In this document: positions 32,101 to 39,934 of the stretch, one piece after another | How positions within the stretch are numbered: the first letter of the stretch is position 1 | How the letters are laid out: every line of letters begins with the position of its first letter | IMG/VR virus record: IMGVR_UViG_3300043429_000255 | Coordinates: 1,980 to 65,979 of that record | Origin: a virus | Lineage: Duplodnaviria; Caudoviricetes | Reading direction: 5' to 3' (one strand) | DNA: 64,000 nt | Notes under the pieces: generated by a model | Told to the model about the DNA's origin: nothing | The model's input: the letters and a program-made list of their open reading frames with translations, nothing else | The model's database searches: none | Program-made: the position numbers and the translations under genes

Positions 32101-32314
32101 CAGTCTGTACGCTAGCAGAAAACTTTTTAGTAGCATTAATATTATCTATTAATGTCTTTTGAAAATTAGAGGCTGCTGCTGCATTAGCTGCAGAGCCATT
32201 TGCCATTGAGGTATGGAAGGCTGAGATCTGTCGTTGCAGATTTTTGATACTGGCCAGTGCATCACTGGTATCAATATCTATCCGTATATTGGCCTGAACG
32301 TTATCTTCAGCCAT
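26189..32314 (-). CDS. Tape measure protein
   Basis: 2041 aa, Ala-rich helical/coiled coil, TP901-like core, hydrophobic segments, GTDTVPAMLTPGEFVV near the C-terminus. Confidence 0.95.
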   Translation of the reverse strand: MAEDNVQANIRIDIDTSDALASIKNLQRQISAFHTSMANGSAANAAAASNFQKTLIDNINATKKFSASVQTVRTTTETFTNSLEKNKLSLGEYFRYAGGASRSFGRFFRTEFDTINKVARERVKDLQTQYIRMGRDANGAVRAIAVRPLVLDMDNLATKTAIAAQRQQLLNQLLKQGSTNLLNFGKNTQWAGRQLMVGFTIPLSIFGATAAKSFMAIEDQAIKFKRVYGDLMTDQGQTDAMLESIKTLASEFTKYGVAVDKTMGLAASAAAQGKTGADLTAQVSEATRLSVLGQVEQQQALETTISVTNAFGVAAEDLASKIDFLNSVENQTVTSIEDLTIAIPKAGPVVKQLGGGVEDLAFFLTAMKEGGINASEGANALKSGLASLINPTEKASNMLAGYGINIKKIVESNKGDVKGVVIDFATALDKLDPLARARAIEQLFGKFQFSRLSTLFQNVIGEGTQASKVLEMAGKTSAELAQLSERELSKVSESSMFKFKKSIEDIKLALAPVGEIFLKLATPVIEFGTKLLTAFNNLDEKTKSFVTGLVAVVGGIGPILLMTFGLLANGVANIIKGFTFVKNVFNRASVSSNDLGSQISYMTTEQIKAASVAASLDQVHGKLTQTFTSEANAIGAYVSALQRANTAAAAFNVPAVGRTRPAAKMANGGMVRGPGGPKDDLVPVDLSNGEAVIDAATVKKNPRIIGALFAGKKINIPGYAKNNSGIVPSKKAPATLDTPSQYMTVFAHIFEPLKMSLQDFADVLTSTGRKVPKDVQRKIDQGLGGAAMRTYGGFGFDTRQSFNEAMKPGRSGVVPKDFLEDYDSRGVAKWSKSLAAAGVKLEDVADELVIFDKSIADQIRAASQLDDNFVVTDKAIAEFAKNTLTQLKNNGGKLSDAFFVAANNTTEARGTATQAQMLAAGYTMDPNRPGYMIGPDGKSADPSKLLKLGGGSKGKTKSGILQGALQEDFKPVALAVVDDVKYEMVSAVKDVTDQSSPSKEAYEAGENIGIGAIQGIESQIDEAKKVGRKNRRVTAVPDGNGGMVIQTPPTQATAFAATKEAKTPRRFIREGDLEVRQKAEASQKSLTTAVEDTASKTRSFGANIRNLSYVLSGLSGIALMSGQSLGEFGNVVFGASVALSALTTAAELNAEGRFLGLNAKSTGAKGISGFFSRMVTVGGKAVMSLGKFVGVLGIAFTVISGFIMLNNWINEQREKERLKIEGLGDAATLTKKKLEALGSFFGKPSTPSVIESIGTVGAGTGPMSADAQTKIKSLREDPAFKEQFAADIKVLGTATKKEAVKTFETLALSLFSKEYTEKEVQQIIDALKIEAGRTDVVFEVKSFDLKTKAGKANFKKSAESMAAEFNKAFEKGRKVSQVQVLSGNMSFGTKEQITQTKEYDAAFETQSTNFANRLMAVQQLFKDGAISNKEYQEQWGVLANALKTGKGAVELTKGVFAKFTEQMKAAKSPFAELLPQIAGTGKEVFIMQSLMLGAIPSVAALSQAIADFKTISDYESGVNKDVQAYVRAQERMSLISKTAEDLRKKQEEVNAATGDYGNDGTGESVFAKAMNQMKQQTAEIANQIKAFNKLKAAGYGTEEAFKLAKDPILAAALASTKVGSKEWKALAKAIKESEKAAKDFKNIQKQTLEGATQEFDDAYSKVGERFSALEEQLQLAFSKANKADNDLISGAQSQIAGLQYTLDDLNASLDDIQLQEDAINKKYDNRIDALEKIQSVNEDISRQQKSQLTIADALSQGDISAAAKAIEDARAEQAASSFENQKKLLENARASEIAGLTVNGKTKAQIEAESLSLQKQIKKIEEETLEPAQERVRLAEERLQKDISALTVSGKTKEEWNLIASNIRIAKTQTDEFVTALKAAEEAARNLNAVLAARTTGRVDSSGVGASASGFALSTSLPGVSGSNSQFGPNTPWARAVAAMGMNNGGMVPKYFAAGGFARGTDTVPAMLTPGEFVVKKYAVENFGTDRLRAINNGSYSGESVYNNYELNVNVRSDANPSEIARVVISQIKQIDSQRVRGIRL

Positions 32315-32332
32315 CCACTAACACCTCTTTAT

Positions 32333-32653
32333 TTATTTAAGAGTATTGATGACATCTGCTTCAGATAGATTAATTCCTGATGCTTCTTCAATAATCTTGT
32401 ACACTGTTGGCAAGTCTAGGACTTCCTCTAGTGCTGAGAGATCTTCGGAGATCTCTGGCTTGTACTGCTTCATTGCGATCTGAACACACTGCAATAGAAC
32501 GTCCATTGATTTGTCGTTATCTTCTGCTACCTGTGCTACTTCGTCAAACTTTTTCAAAAACTGTCTAAGAAGAGAGATCTTTAGTGGTCTAACGGTAATC
32601 TTTGTACCGTCAATTAGCACTACCTCTTTTTCTTCATTAATAGTTGTTGCCAT
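32333..32653 (-). CDS. Tail assembly chaperone, short form (G-like)
   Basis: Between tail tube and tape measure; paralog of the N-terminus of 32710..33396. Confidence 0.7.
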   Translation of the reverse strand: MATTINEEKEVVLIDGTKITVRPLKISLLRQFLKKFDEVAQVAEDNDKSMDVLLQCVQIAMKQYKPEISEDLSALEEVLDLPTVYKIIEEASGINLSEADVINTLK

Positions 32654-32709
32654 ATTATTTGTTTCCTCTCATATAGGTATTATCAATTATAGCATACGGG
32701 TCTAGTGAA

Positions 32710-33396
32710 TTAGTCTATTCTTTCATAGCTTAGACCCATGCCAATTCCAAATCCAGCCTTCTGAGCATTTACTCCTTGATATGCAGTAATGTCATTTGGA
32801 TCGCCTGTTTTTCCACCACTGAATACTCTTGCCTTCATCGCTTCCCAGGCATTTGCTTCTGGTTTTCCAGTTTGCTTATCTAGGTCAACGCCCTGAATAG
32901 CTGCAAAGAACTTCTTTTCCTGATAGTCAAGCTCTCTTTTAGATTCAAGGGTCGCAATTAGTTCTGGCATTGATAGGGACTGTTCTAGATCTAGATAGTC
33001 TTTCCAAATGCCCAGCAAAAATGCCTCTGACTCTAGCTTTGCTAGATCAAGATTTTCCCAGGATGCACCACTAGAGTCTTCTTTACTATTAGACTGCTCA
33101 GAATCTTTAGATTTTGTGCTTATTCCTGCAGCAACATCAACGATCTTATATATTGTTGGTAAGTCAACGCTGTCTTCTAGATCCTCTATTGTCTTGATTG
33201 ATGGATAATACTGTCTCATTGCTACCAGGGCACAGTCTATAAGTCTTTCTACAGATTCTGTTTCACCAACAGCATCTTGTATTTTTGCAAACTTATCCAT
33301 AAAGTCTCTAAGATAGATAATCTTAAGCGGTGTTATGGGAATAATCGTCCCATCTACCAAAGATATGTTTTCCATGTCGTATATTTTTGTTGCCAT
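32710..33396 (-). CDS. Tail assembly chaperone, long form (G-T-like)
   Basis: G-like N-domain, Ser/Lys linker and a C-domain WKDYLDLEQSLSMPEL. Confidence 0.7.
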   Translation of the reverse strand: MATKIYDMENISLVDGTIIPITPLKIIYLRDFMDKFAKIQDAVGETESVERLIDCALVAMRQYYPSIKTIEDLEDSVDLPTIYKIVDVAAGISTKSKDSEQSNSKEDSSGASWENLDLAKLESEAFLLGIWKDYLDLEQSLSMPELIATLESKRELDYQEKKFFAAIQGVDLDKQTGKPEANAWEAMKARVFSGGKTGDPNDITAYQGVNAQKAGFGIGMGLSYERID

Positions 33397-33420
33397 CCTA
33401 CAAGTATACCAAATACAAAA

Positions 33421-33445
33421 CCCCCCAGCTATTAAACTGGAGGGC
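33421..33445 (-). terminator. Intrinsic terminator after the major tail gene
   Basis: GCCCTCCAGT-loop-GCTGGGGGG followed by TTTTGTATTT. Confidence 0.7.
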
Positions 33446-33469
33446 TTGCTATTAAATTATTATTTAGTT

Positions 33470-34093
33470 TTATGATGCTGGGATAGTGCGATCAACGATC
33501 TTACCGTATGACGCTGAGTCATTTGGTAGAAGGCGGAAAGATACCTCAAACATGGTTGCTTCGTCACGCTTAGCTGATACTGTAACATTTTCAATTGAAA
33601 GTGCACGGTATGCAACGTAGACACGCTCTAGTGAGCTACCAACTTCACAGTCACCTGTGCCTGGACCAACTGCAACTAGACCACGCTCTACTGGACATTC
33701 ACCGATGTCACCAGCAGATAGGTTTAGTGTTGGGTTTCCAGCAACAGTGCTTAGGTCAGCATCCTTGCCTGCTAGAGAGAACAATAGGTTCTCTAGAGTA
33801 GACTCAGCAAATGTAGTATTCAGGTTAACCTGCATACCCTGCTTGTAAAGCTTAGCAACGTCAAGAACCTGGTCAACCTGGACTTCACCGAAGTCTGGCT
33901 GGAACTGTAGCTCGAGACCGTTCATTGTGTAACCAACGTTGCGGAAGTCAGCGTCATCTGACAGCGTATCCTTAAAGGATGTAGCTGTTGCGTACGCTGG
34001 TAGATCTGCATCGGTTAGAACACCTGCTTCGTATGTAAAAAGTGCTGCTGCACCAACAATGATGTTAGCACTTGTACCACGTGTATATGCCAT
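33470..34093 (-). CDS. Major tail tube protein
   Basis: NIIVGAA...VGYTMNGLEL...VDQ...TTFAESTLENL; strong SD and own terminator. Confidence 0.85.
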   Translation of the reverse strand: MAYTRGTSANIIVGAAALFTYEAGVLTDADLPAYATATSFKDTLSDDADFRNVGYTMNGLELQFQPDFGEVQVDQVLDVAKLYKQGMQVNLNTTFAESTLENLLFSLAGKDADLSTVAGNPTLNLSAGDIGECPVERGLVAVGPGTGDCEVGSSLERVYVAYRALSIENVTVSAKRDEATMFEVSFRLLPNDSASYGKIVDRTIPAS

Positions 34094-34161
34094 AATATTT
34101 CACCTCTTTTTCTGTATGGAATAAGAAGGCGATGTTTCCTCAAGATTAAGTATACCAGTAT

Positions 34162-34794
34162 TTATGAAATAGGCAGGTACTTGTTTGGATCGTATGGGAA
34201 TTCCTCTGGATCGAGGGTCGGATCTGGCTGATAGTTAGGGTTTAACTCTGGTACCAGGTGGTATTCATACTCAATGATGATCTTATTACCACCATAGGTT
34301 CTGGCAGTACCAAAATCAATGATGTCTGCCACCTCTTCTAGCTGATATACCCTAAATTTGTGAAAATAGAACTTTGGAGACAAACCGCCAAAAGTCTTGC
34401 CTTTTGACCAGTTATTGATCTCTTCTGCAGTCTCATCCTCACGGTCCATTAGTCTAAGGGTTAGCTCTGTGACAGAAACCATCTTTTCGGTTACTCCATC
34501 TGAGGTTGCAAAGAAGTAGTACAACAGCTGCTCACCTTTTATGTGTGGAAATGGTGATCTACGAAGTCTTGTAAGTCTATCATATGTGCAGCGAATGCCA
34601 CCATATCCATAGTTCTGCCCACCAATATTTACAAATGTCTCAGTAAGGTCGTCAATGGTATTTGGTGATGGTGGGAAAAATGGAACACCAATCTCTAGCT
34701 CCCCAGCTAGCTTTTCTTTTAGATACTCGTTAATCCAAAGCATTGGGGTATTAATTATTCCAGAGGTAACCTCTTCTGCTGATCTTAAACTCAT
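34162..34794 (-). CDS. Probable tail terminator/neck protein
   Basis: Position before the tail tube; ATGA overlap with the upstream gene. Confidence 0.55.
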   Translation of the reverse strand: MSLRSAEEVTSGIINTPMLWINEYLKEKLAGELEIGVPFFPPSPNTIDDLTETFVNIGGQNYGYGGIRCTYDRLTRLRRSPFPHIKGEQLLYYFFATSDGVTEKMVSVTELTLRLMDREDETAEEINNWSKGKTFGGLSPKFYFHKFRVYQLEEVADIIDFGTARTYGGNKIIIEYEYHLVPELNPNYQPDPTLDPEEFPYDPNKYLPIS

Positions 34795-35465
34795 CTTCCA
34801 ACTCCTGCATTTGCTATCCAACGATAGCCAGTTTGAATACCCTTTGCTTTTCCACCCTTTTTACCTGCAGCCATGTCCTTCTTGAATACTTCTGGATTGC
34901 TCAGATATTTTCCAATTCCGCTGGCTTTCAGAAATGCTTGGGTAAAGTATCTATTAAAAAATAGATCCATTGTTTTCTCAAAACCCTTTTCTGCAGCTGT
35001 TCCTCCAGGGTTCTCAACGGTAATTGGCCCCTTAGAAAAAACATCTTCTCCGTTCTGGCTAAAAGCCAAAGCCTTAGCTTTCTTAGGTCTAATAACTACT
35101 GGAATACCATTCTCAATAATGGTTGCCTTATCGTAGAATGGCACTCTCGACCCAGCCTTAACCGTAGTAGATTGTCTAAATGATGATTTTATCGATAGCC
35201 CCAAACCACTAACGGTATAGCCAAGGTCATATAGTCTAGCTGATGGACTTCCTACCATATTCCATTCATATACGTGGTGCAACATCTCTGGGTTTACCCT
35301 TGCATTGGCATCAACAAACTCTTTTAAAAGTTCTATAGTTTCTACTCCAACAGAGTGCATAAACTGAGTCTTTCCTCTTTGAACACCTTCTAGAAAGCCT
35401 ATAGAGTAATTCATGATATTGTTCATATCCTTGGCAAATGCCCTAGAATTAAATACTGTTCTCAA
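34791..35465 (-). CDS. Neck/tail completion protein
   Basis: LHHVYEW...RLY; position in the neck block. Confidence 0.55.
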   Translation of the reverse strand: MRTVFNSRAFAKDMNNIMNYSIGFLEGVQRGKTQFMHSVGVETIELLKEFVDANARVNPEMLHHVYEWNMVGSPSARLYDLGYTVSGLGLSIKSSFRQSTTVKAGSRVPFYDKATIIENGIPVVIRPKKAKALAFSQNGEDVFSKGPITVENPGGTAAEKGFEKTMDLFFNRYFTQAFLKASGIGKYLSNPEVFKKDMAAGKKGGKAKGIQTGYRWIANAGVGR

Positions 35466-35911
35466 ATGTCTACCGCCTGATTTTCTGATCTACGTAAGAC
35501 AATTTTAAAATATTCTACAGACCCAAATGGGCCTACGAATGGCTCCATGGTAGCAACCTCAAAAATTGTTGCCTTTCCAGATCTTGGGCCAGAGGTTTCG
35601 CTATAAACGATATTTCCATGCTTATCCTTGACATTGCTAACAATGATATTTGTAATAGAATTATTAGCACTATTACTTGAAACTCTAATATCTGTTTTTA
35701 GTCTTCCGACTATGACAAGTTCTTGTGTAATCTGAATGTTTGGGGTAACATCTTCTTTTAATGCTGAGCCAGATGTTGAAAGTGAACAGACTACAGTTCG
35801 GTCATGAATCCACTGCTTCTTAACATTTCCATATACTGCTTGTTCTACTATTGGATAGAAAATATCCATGCACATTGGAAAAGTAAAATCTGGAGTCTCG
35901 CAAATAGCCAC
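35462..35911 (-). CDS. Head-tail stopper-like protein
   Basis: Position; beta-rich, ends PFG..EYFKIVLRRSENQ. Confidence 0.55.
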   Translation of the reverse strand: MAICETPDFTFPMCMDIFYPIVEQAVYGNVKKQWIHDRTVVCSLSTSGSALKEDVTPNIQITQELVIVGRLKTDIRVSSNSANNSITNIIVSNVKDKHGNIVYSETSGPRSGKATIFEVATMEPFVGPFGSVEYFKIVLRRSENQAVDI

Positions 35912-36819
35912 TATAGAACTCCGACTTTAGTAATAGACTTCATGTACTTGTCAAGTATCTTGTCTACTATTACGTTACCTGTTCCGCTCAATATTGCCTT
36001 GTCAAACTGAATTCTGAATTGATCAGTATTGTATGATGTTACATAACGCTGGTAGTAATCAAGCTTTCCGCACTTTAGATCATCAATCAGCATCTCTGTA
36101 GCATACTGAATGTCTGGCGGAATCGCTCTAAATCCTTCGTCAAGGACAAATAGGTAGTCTGCACCTTTTGCAAAAGTTCCATAGTTTCTATCGTCATAGG
36201 CATAGTCTCCTCTAGCGATTGGTAACGTTGGAGACGGAGTGGTGATTAGGTTTGTCTGTCCTGTAAACTCCTTAACAATTGCAGAGTTATCAAGCGTTAC
36301 TCTATAATTAAAAACATTTGTATCTGGAGTGTCAATGTCATAAATCAGCACATTGTTTTCGTATACCTTGAGAACACGATTAGCATCTCTCCAGACTGGC
36401 ATATAGTCTAGACCATTACCTTCTACCTGTAAAATTGACTTGTGGTTATAAAATCCAATTCCAGTATATGTGTCGATAAGTGATCTAGCAATAAGCTCCC
36501 ACTTTTTAAATTCTGCAATCTCTGACGCAGTTGTCCCCAGATCGTTTGGGTTTGTATATGGACGAATTATATCTAAGTTAGACTCAGAGATAATGTGCTC
36601 GTGTTCAGTATCATAAAAACGAATTAGGAACTGACGATCAAACTGTACCTTTGCGACTGGAATAGTATAGGTAACAACTCCGTTGGCATCTGAGGTAATC
36701 TCTGTCTCTTCAATTGAGTGGTCCACCAAATCCTCAACATAGACTATATAGTCATAGTTCGCATCTGGCAAATTCCATGTTGTTGTAATAGGATATGGTG
36801 GAACCCTCAAAATTTCCAT
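35911..36819 (-). CDS. Head-tail adaptor
   Basis: ARSLIDTYTG...IPPDIQYATEMLI...TGNVIVDKILDKY. Confidence 0.7.
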   Translation of the reverse strand: MEILRVPPYPITTTWNLPDANYDYIVYVEDLVDHSIEETEITSDANGVVTYTIPVAKVQFDRQFLIRFYDTEHEHIISESNLDIIRPYTNPNDLGTTASEIAEFKKWELIARSLIDTYTGIGFYNHKSILQVEGNGLDYMPVWRDANRVLKVYENNVLIYDIDTPDTNVFNYRVTLDNSAIVKEFTGQTNLITTPSPTLPIARGDYAYDDRNYGTFAKGADYLFVLDEGFRAIPPDIQYATEMLIDDLKCGKLDYYQRYVTSYNTDQFRIQFDKAILSGTGNVIVDKILDKYMKSITKVGVL

Positions 36820-37280
36820 TAGTTGTTGAACTCCTTAGCAACTTCTTCTGGAGTTGCAAGTCTGATGTGATCACGAGTCAGCCACCTGTCTGCCTGCTCT
36901 TTAGTTACAATGTTGTAACCACGGTAAACCTTACCTACCTCGCTCCAAGTAACATTCTTGGTTGAGTGAATAGCTACCTTCTCTACCTCTTTGGCAGCAG
37001 GCTTAGCTGTTTTCTTTGGATTATTCTTAGGAACAACGGTTGATCCCATAGCTCCATTACCAACAAACCCTAGTCCTGGCTTAGTTGCTGGACCTGGCTT
37101 TGGAGCAGAAATTACGTCTGATGCTACTGGTGCAGCTTCTGTAATCTTTGGCTTTTCTACTTCTTCTTCTACAACTGCCTCTTCGACAACTGGGGCAGAC
37201 TCTTCAACCTTGGTTTCTTCGACAACTGCTTCTTCAACAGGATCTGCTTCTTTTATTTTGTTATTTAGCTCTTCTGACAT
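36819..37280 (-). CDS. Hypothetical protein with an acidic/Pro-rich N-terminus
   Basis: Glu/Val/Pro low-complexity region and compact C-domain; strong SD. Confidence 0.7.
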   Translation of the reverse strand: MSEELNNKIKEADPVEEAVVEETKVEESAPVVEEAVVEEEVEKPKITEAAPVASDVISAPKPGPATKPGLGFVGNGAMGSTVVPKNNPKKTAKPAAKEVEKVAIHSTKNVTWSEVGKVYRGYNIVTKEQADRWLTRDHIRLATPEEVAKEFNN

Positions 37281-37319
37281 AATAACCTCCTAAATATTAA
37301 TTATAACAGACTAATTAAA

Positions 37320-37352
37320 AAGGAGGCAGGAGCCGAAACTCCTGCCCCCCTT
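37320..37352 (-). terminator. Intrinsic terminator after the capsid gene
   Basis: AAGGGGGGCAGGAGT-TTCG-GCTCCTGCCTCCTT then TTAATT. Confidence 0.8.
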
Positions 37353-37370
37353 AAAGGTATCAGTTACAGA

Positions 37371-38507
37371 CTAGCTGTCTGCTCCTGCATCAGCGAACGC
37401 TACTGCGTCCTCCTCTTCCCACTGAATACCGAAACGTACGAATACGGTGTACTCAATGGTGTCCTTCTTTGGCTTGTACTCACGGTTAACAGTGATGTCT
37501 CTCTGGAAACCCCATACACGGTTCTGAGGGAATGTAAGGTCTACATAACCTGCAGGGTAGTAAGGAACTTCCTGAACATCAATGCCTAGAACACGAGTAG
37601 TACGTGCTCCACCGAAAGTCTGTCCAGCACCATCTAGGTAAGCCTGGCGGTTAGCTGGAGTACCTGCAGGAGTTCCTGCAAATGCCTCAGCAATAGCGTC
37701 AGCTAGGGTACCGTTGTTCTTGATGATTCCCTGGAATGCATCAGTACCAGCGTAGAACTTAAGGTTTGACTTAAGTGCACGGTACTTACGAGGCATTGCA
37801 AGAATAATCTTCTGCATTGCATCGGTAGTCCAGTTGTCATCAGCAACAGTTACAACAGCTTCGTGTGCGTCACCGTTTGTGGTTACCTTGTTGTGGAAAC
37901 CTTGCATGATTCCAAGGAATGCACCGTCGCCTGAATCTCCAGTACCATTGATAGCTAGATCTTCGATGTCATTAGCAAAAGCGTTTGTCATCAAACGAAC
38001 TAGGTGATCTTCAAGGGCACCTCCTTCAATTCCGTCTTCTAGTGCTTCAGCAGATACTTCCCAGTCCAAACGAATCTTCTTGGTTGTAAGCTCTACCTTA
38101 GAGAATGTTGCTCCAGTGTTGGTGTAGTCACCGTTAGCCTGTGCAGCTGCACGGATAACACGCTCTCCAACATTAACCTTCTCAAGTTCCATGGTGTTAG
38201 CTCGCATAGTTACTCTGCGACCATCCTTGGCGAGAATCGTAGCATCCCACACGTAGTCAATAAAACGACGTGCCTGCTCTGGGCGTAGGATACCTGAACC
38301 TGCCTCACCTGAAGGGTTAATAGCATTTGGACCAGAGGTTGTACCTAGGTTCGCTGTTGGAATGTTTCCAAGGGCACCTGCTGTAGCATAGTTACCTGGA
38401 ATGTTTGCACCAGCTTCTGAACCAGATGCGAACGCACCTTCTCCATTAAATAGACCAGAATCATTTCCTGATGAATCTGGATTGTTTTTCTTAATTTCTT
38501 CCGACAT
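37371..38507 (-). CDS. Major capsid protein (HK97 fold)
   Basis: GILRPEQARRFIDY, VELTTKKIRLDWEVS, FANDIEDLAINGTG; GGAGGTG SD; follows the protease. Confidence 0.92.
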   Translation of the reverse strand: MSEEIKKNNPDSSGNDSGLFNGEGAFASGSEAGANIPGNYATAGALGNIPTANLGTTSGPNAINPSGEAGSGILRPEQARRFIDYVWDATILAKDGRRVTMRANTMELEKVNVGERVIRAAAQANGDYTNTGATFSKVELTTKKIRLDWEVSAEALEDGIEGGALEDHLVRLMTNAFANDIEDLAINGTGDSGDGAFLGIMQGFHNKVTTNGDAHEAVVTVADDNWTTDAMQKIILAMPRKYRALKSNLKFYAGTDAFQGIIKNNGTLADAIAEAFAGTPAGTPANRQAYLDGAGQTFGGARTTRVLGIDVQEVPYYPAGYVDLTFPQNRVWGFQRDITVNREYKPKKDTIEYTVFVRFGIQWEEEDAVAFADAGADS

Positions 38508-38534
38508 AATTGTCACCTCCTAAGTGATTTTTAT

Positions 38535-39866
38535 TTATTTGAATAAATCGGCAGTTTTGAGGAAACGACCGCCCCATAGGGATTTCTCAACCTTTTCTGG
38601 TTGAGATTCCTGAATGATCTCGCCTAGATCACCAGATTTGCGGAAAGCAGTGTCAGCCTCTACAGCGTCTACTCTCTTTCCAAACTCGTTAAACACATCC
38701 TTGCTTGAAGTTACCTCATTCTTTACTTCAGTAAGTGATTTGTGTAGTTCTGCAATTTGTTCAGCCTGAGCTTGAACAACAGCAGTTAGATCGCTAAAGG
38801 CTTTTGTAACAACATCTTTTACATCTGCAATAGATGCTTCAAGAGCGTCGTCTGACTTAGATACTTCCTCAGCTACTTCAACGGTTGCATCAGTATCGTC
38901 TGACTTCATGGTCTCTTCCTTGTCGTCCTCTTTACCAGACGCATCGTCTGACTCTTCAGGTACGGTAGAACCAGGCTTGTCATCCTCATCAGCATCTGCT
39001 GACTTCTCTACTGTTGCATCTGCTGCTTCAACTGCTGCATCTGCCTCTGGAGCGACCTGTGATTCTTCAACTACATCATCAGACTTTTCTGTGATGTCAT
39101 TTGTTGTTTCAGTCATAGGACTTTCCTCCTTGTTAATCTCAGTCTTAATGCCTTTAGCACTGTCAACTAAGAACTTTATCATATCTGTTTTTTCGTCATC
39201 ATTCTTTTCAACGAAACCTATGTTTTGCATTGGCTCACCAGAAGTTGGAGACTTTTCAATCTCATTCTGTGAGAGGATTACAACGCCAGAATCTTTGTCC
39301 CAAAAAACATTTTCAATCTCAGTGTCTACACCCTTAACCATATCTTTTCCATCTACCTTTTCAACAGACAAGATATTCGCAAACTGGTTTGCTGGTGTAT
39401 CTACTAGAGAAAGTTCTACTAGATCATACTCTTTAATAATGCGGATAGAAGAGTCCATCTTCTCGTCATAAGCGTCATCCCACTTATTCATTCTACCGCC
39501 AATAGAAAAACCTGAAAGGGTACCATCAAGTACCTTCTCCCAGGTGTCCTGTGCACCCTTTGAAACATATGCAGATACATATACTCCACTATAAAACTTC
39601 TTTGTTTCAGGGTCAAAATACTTATCTTCTTTGAATGCTACCATCTTACCAACAGCTAGTGGCTGGTGCATTTCACGGATGTTGCCACGGAACTTAGAGA
39701 ATGCCTTTACTGATGCCTCTGCAGTAACGATGTCCTTTTGGCGGTCAACGTTGTCGAGGGTGGCAAATCCAGAAACGATACGACGTTCCTTGTCTACTTT
39801 AGAGAATGGCATTGATAGGCGAACATTTTCACCTTCAGAATCCCAATGTGCTTTTGCGATAGTCAT
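38535..39866 (-). CDS. Prohead protease fused to an acidic scaffold domain
   Basis: RIVSGFAT..NVD...REMH...GFSIGG...ELSLVDTPAN, then an acidic region and coiled coil. Confidence 0.88.
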   Translation of the reverse strand: MTIAKAHWDSEGENVRLSMPFSKVDKERRIVSGFATLDNVDRQKDIVTAEASVKAFSKFRGNIREMHQPLAVGKMVAFKEDKYFDPETKKFYSGVYVSAYVSKGAQDTWEKVLDGTLSGFSIGGRMNKWDDAYDEKMDSSIRIIKEYDLVELSLVDTPANQFANILSVEKVDGKDMVKGVDTEIENVFWDKDSGVVILSQNEIEKSPTSGEPMQNIGFVEKNDDEKTDMIKFLVDSAKGIKTEINKEESPMTETTNDITEKSDDVVEESQVAPEADAAVEAADATVEKSADADEDDKPGSTVPEESDDASGKEDDKEETMKSDDTDATVEVAEEVSKSDDALEASIADVKDVVTKAFSDLTAVVQAQAEQIAELHKSLTEVKNEVTSSKDVFNEFGKRVDAVEADTAFRKSGDLGEIIQESQPEKVEKSLWGGRFLKTADLFK

Positions 39867-39909
39867 GGTAGTTTAATTATAAGCCCTTTTTATAAAAATG
39901 TTATGAAAA

Positions 39910-39932
39910 TGTGAATAACATTGTGGATAACT
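39910..39932. promoter_or_regulatory. Tandem DnaA-box pair
   Basis: TGTGAATAA at 39910 and TGTGGATAA at 39922 (reverse complement of TTATNCACA). Confidence 0.6.
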
Positions 39933-39934
39933 TT

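Noticed and set aside
32667-32674. 8-nt complement (UAUGAGAG) of the sRNA loop over the short-chaperone SD
   Set aside because: An 8-nt match is expected by chance in 64 kb; insufficient as a target call
32333-33396. Programmed -1 frameshift in the chaperone genes
   Set aside because: The long form is a single open frame and the short form is a separate downstream gene, so no frameshift is needed
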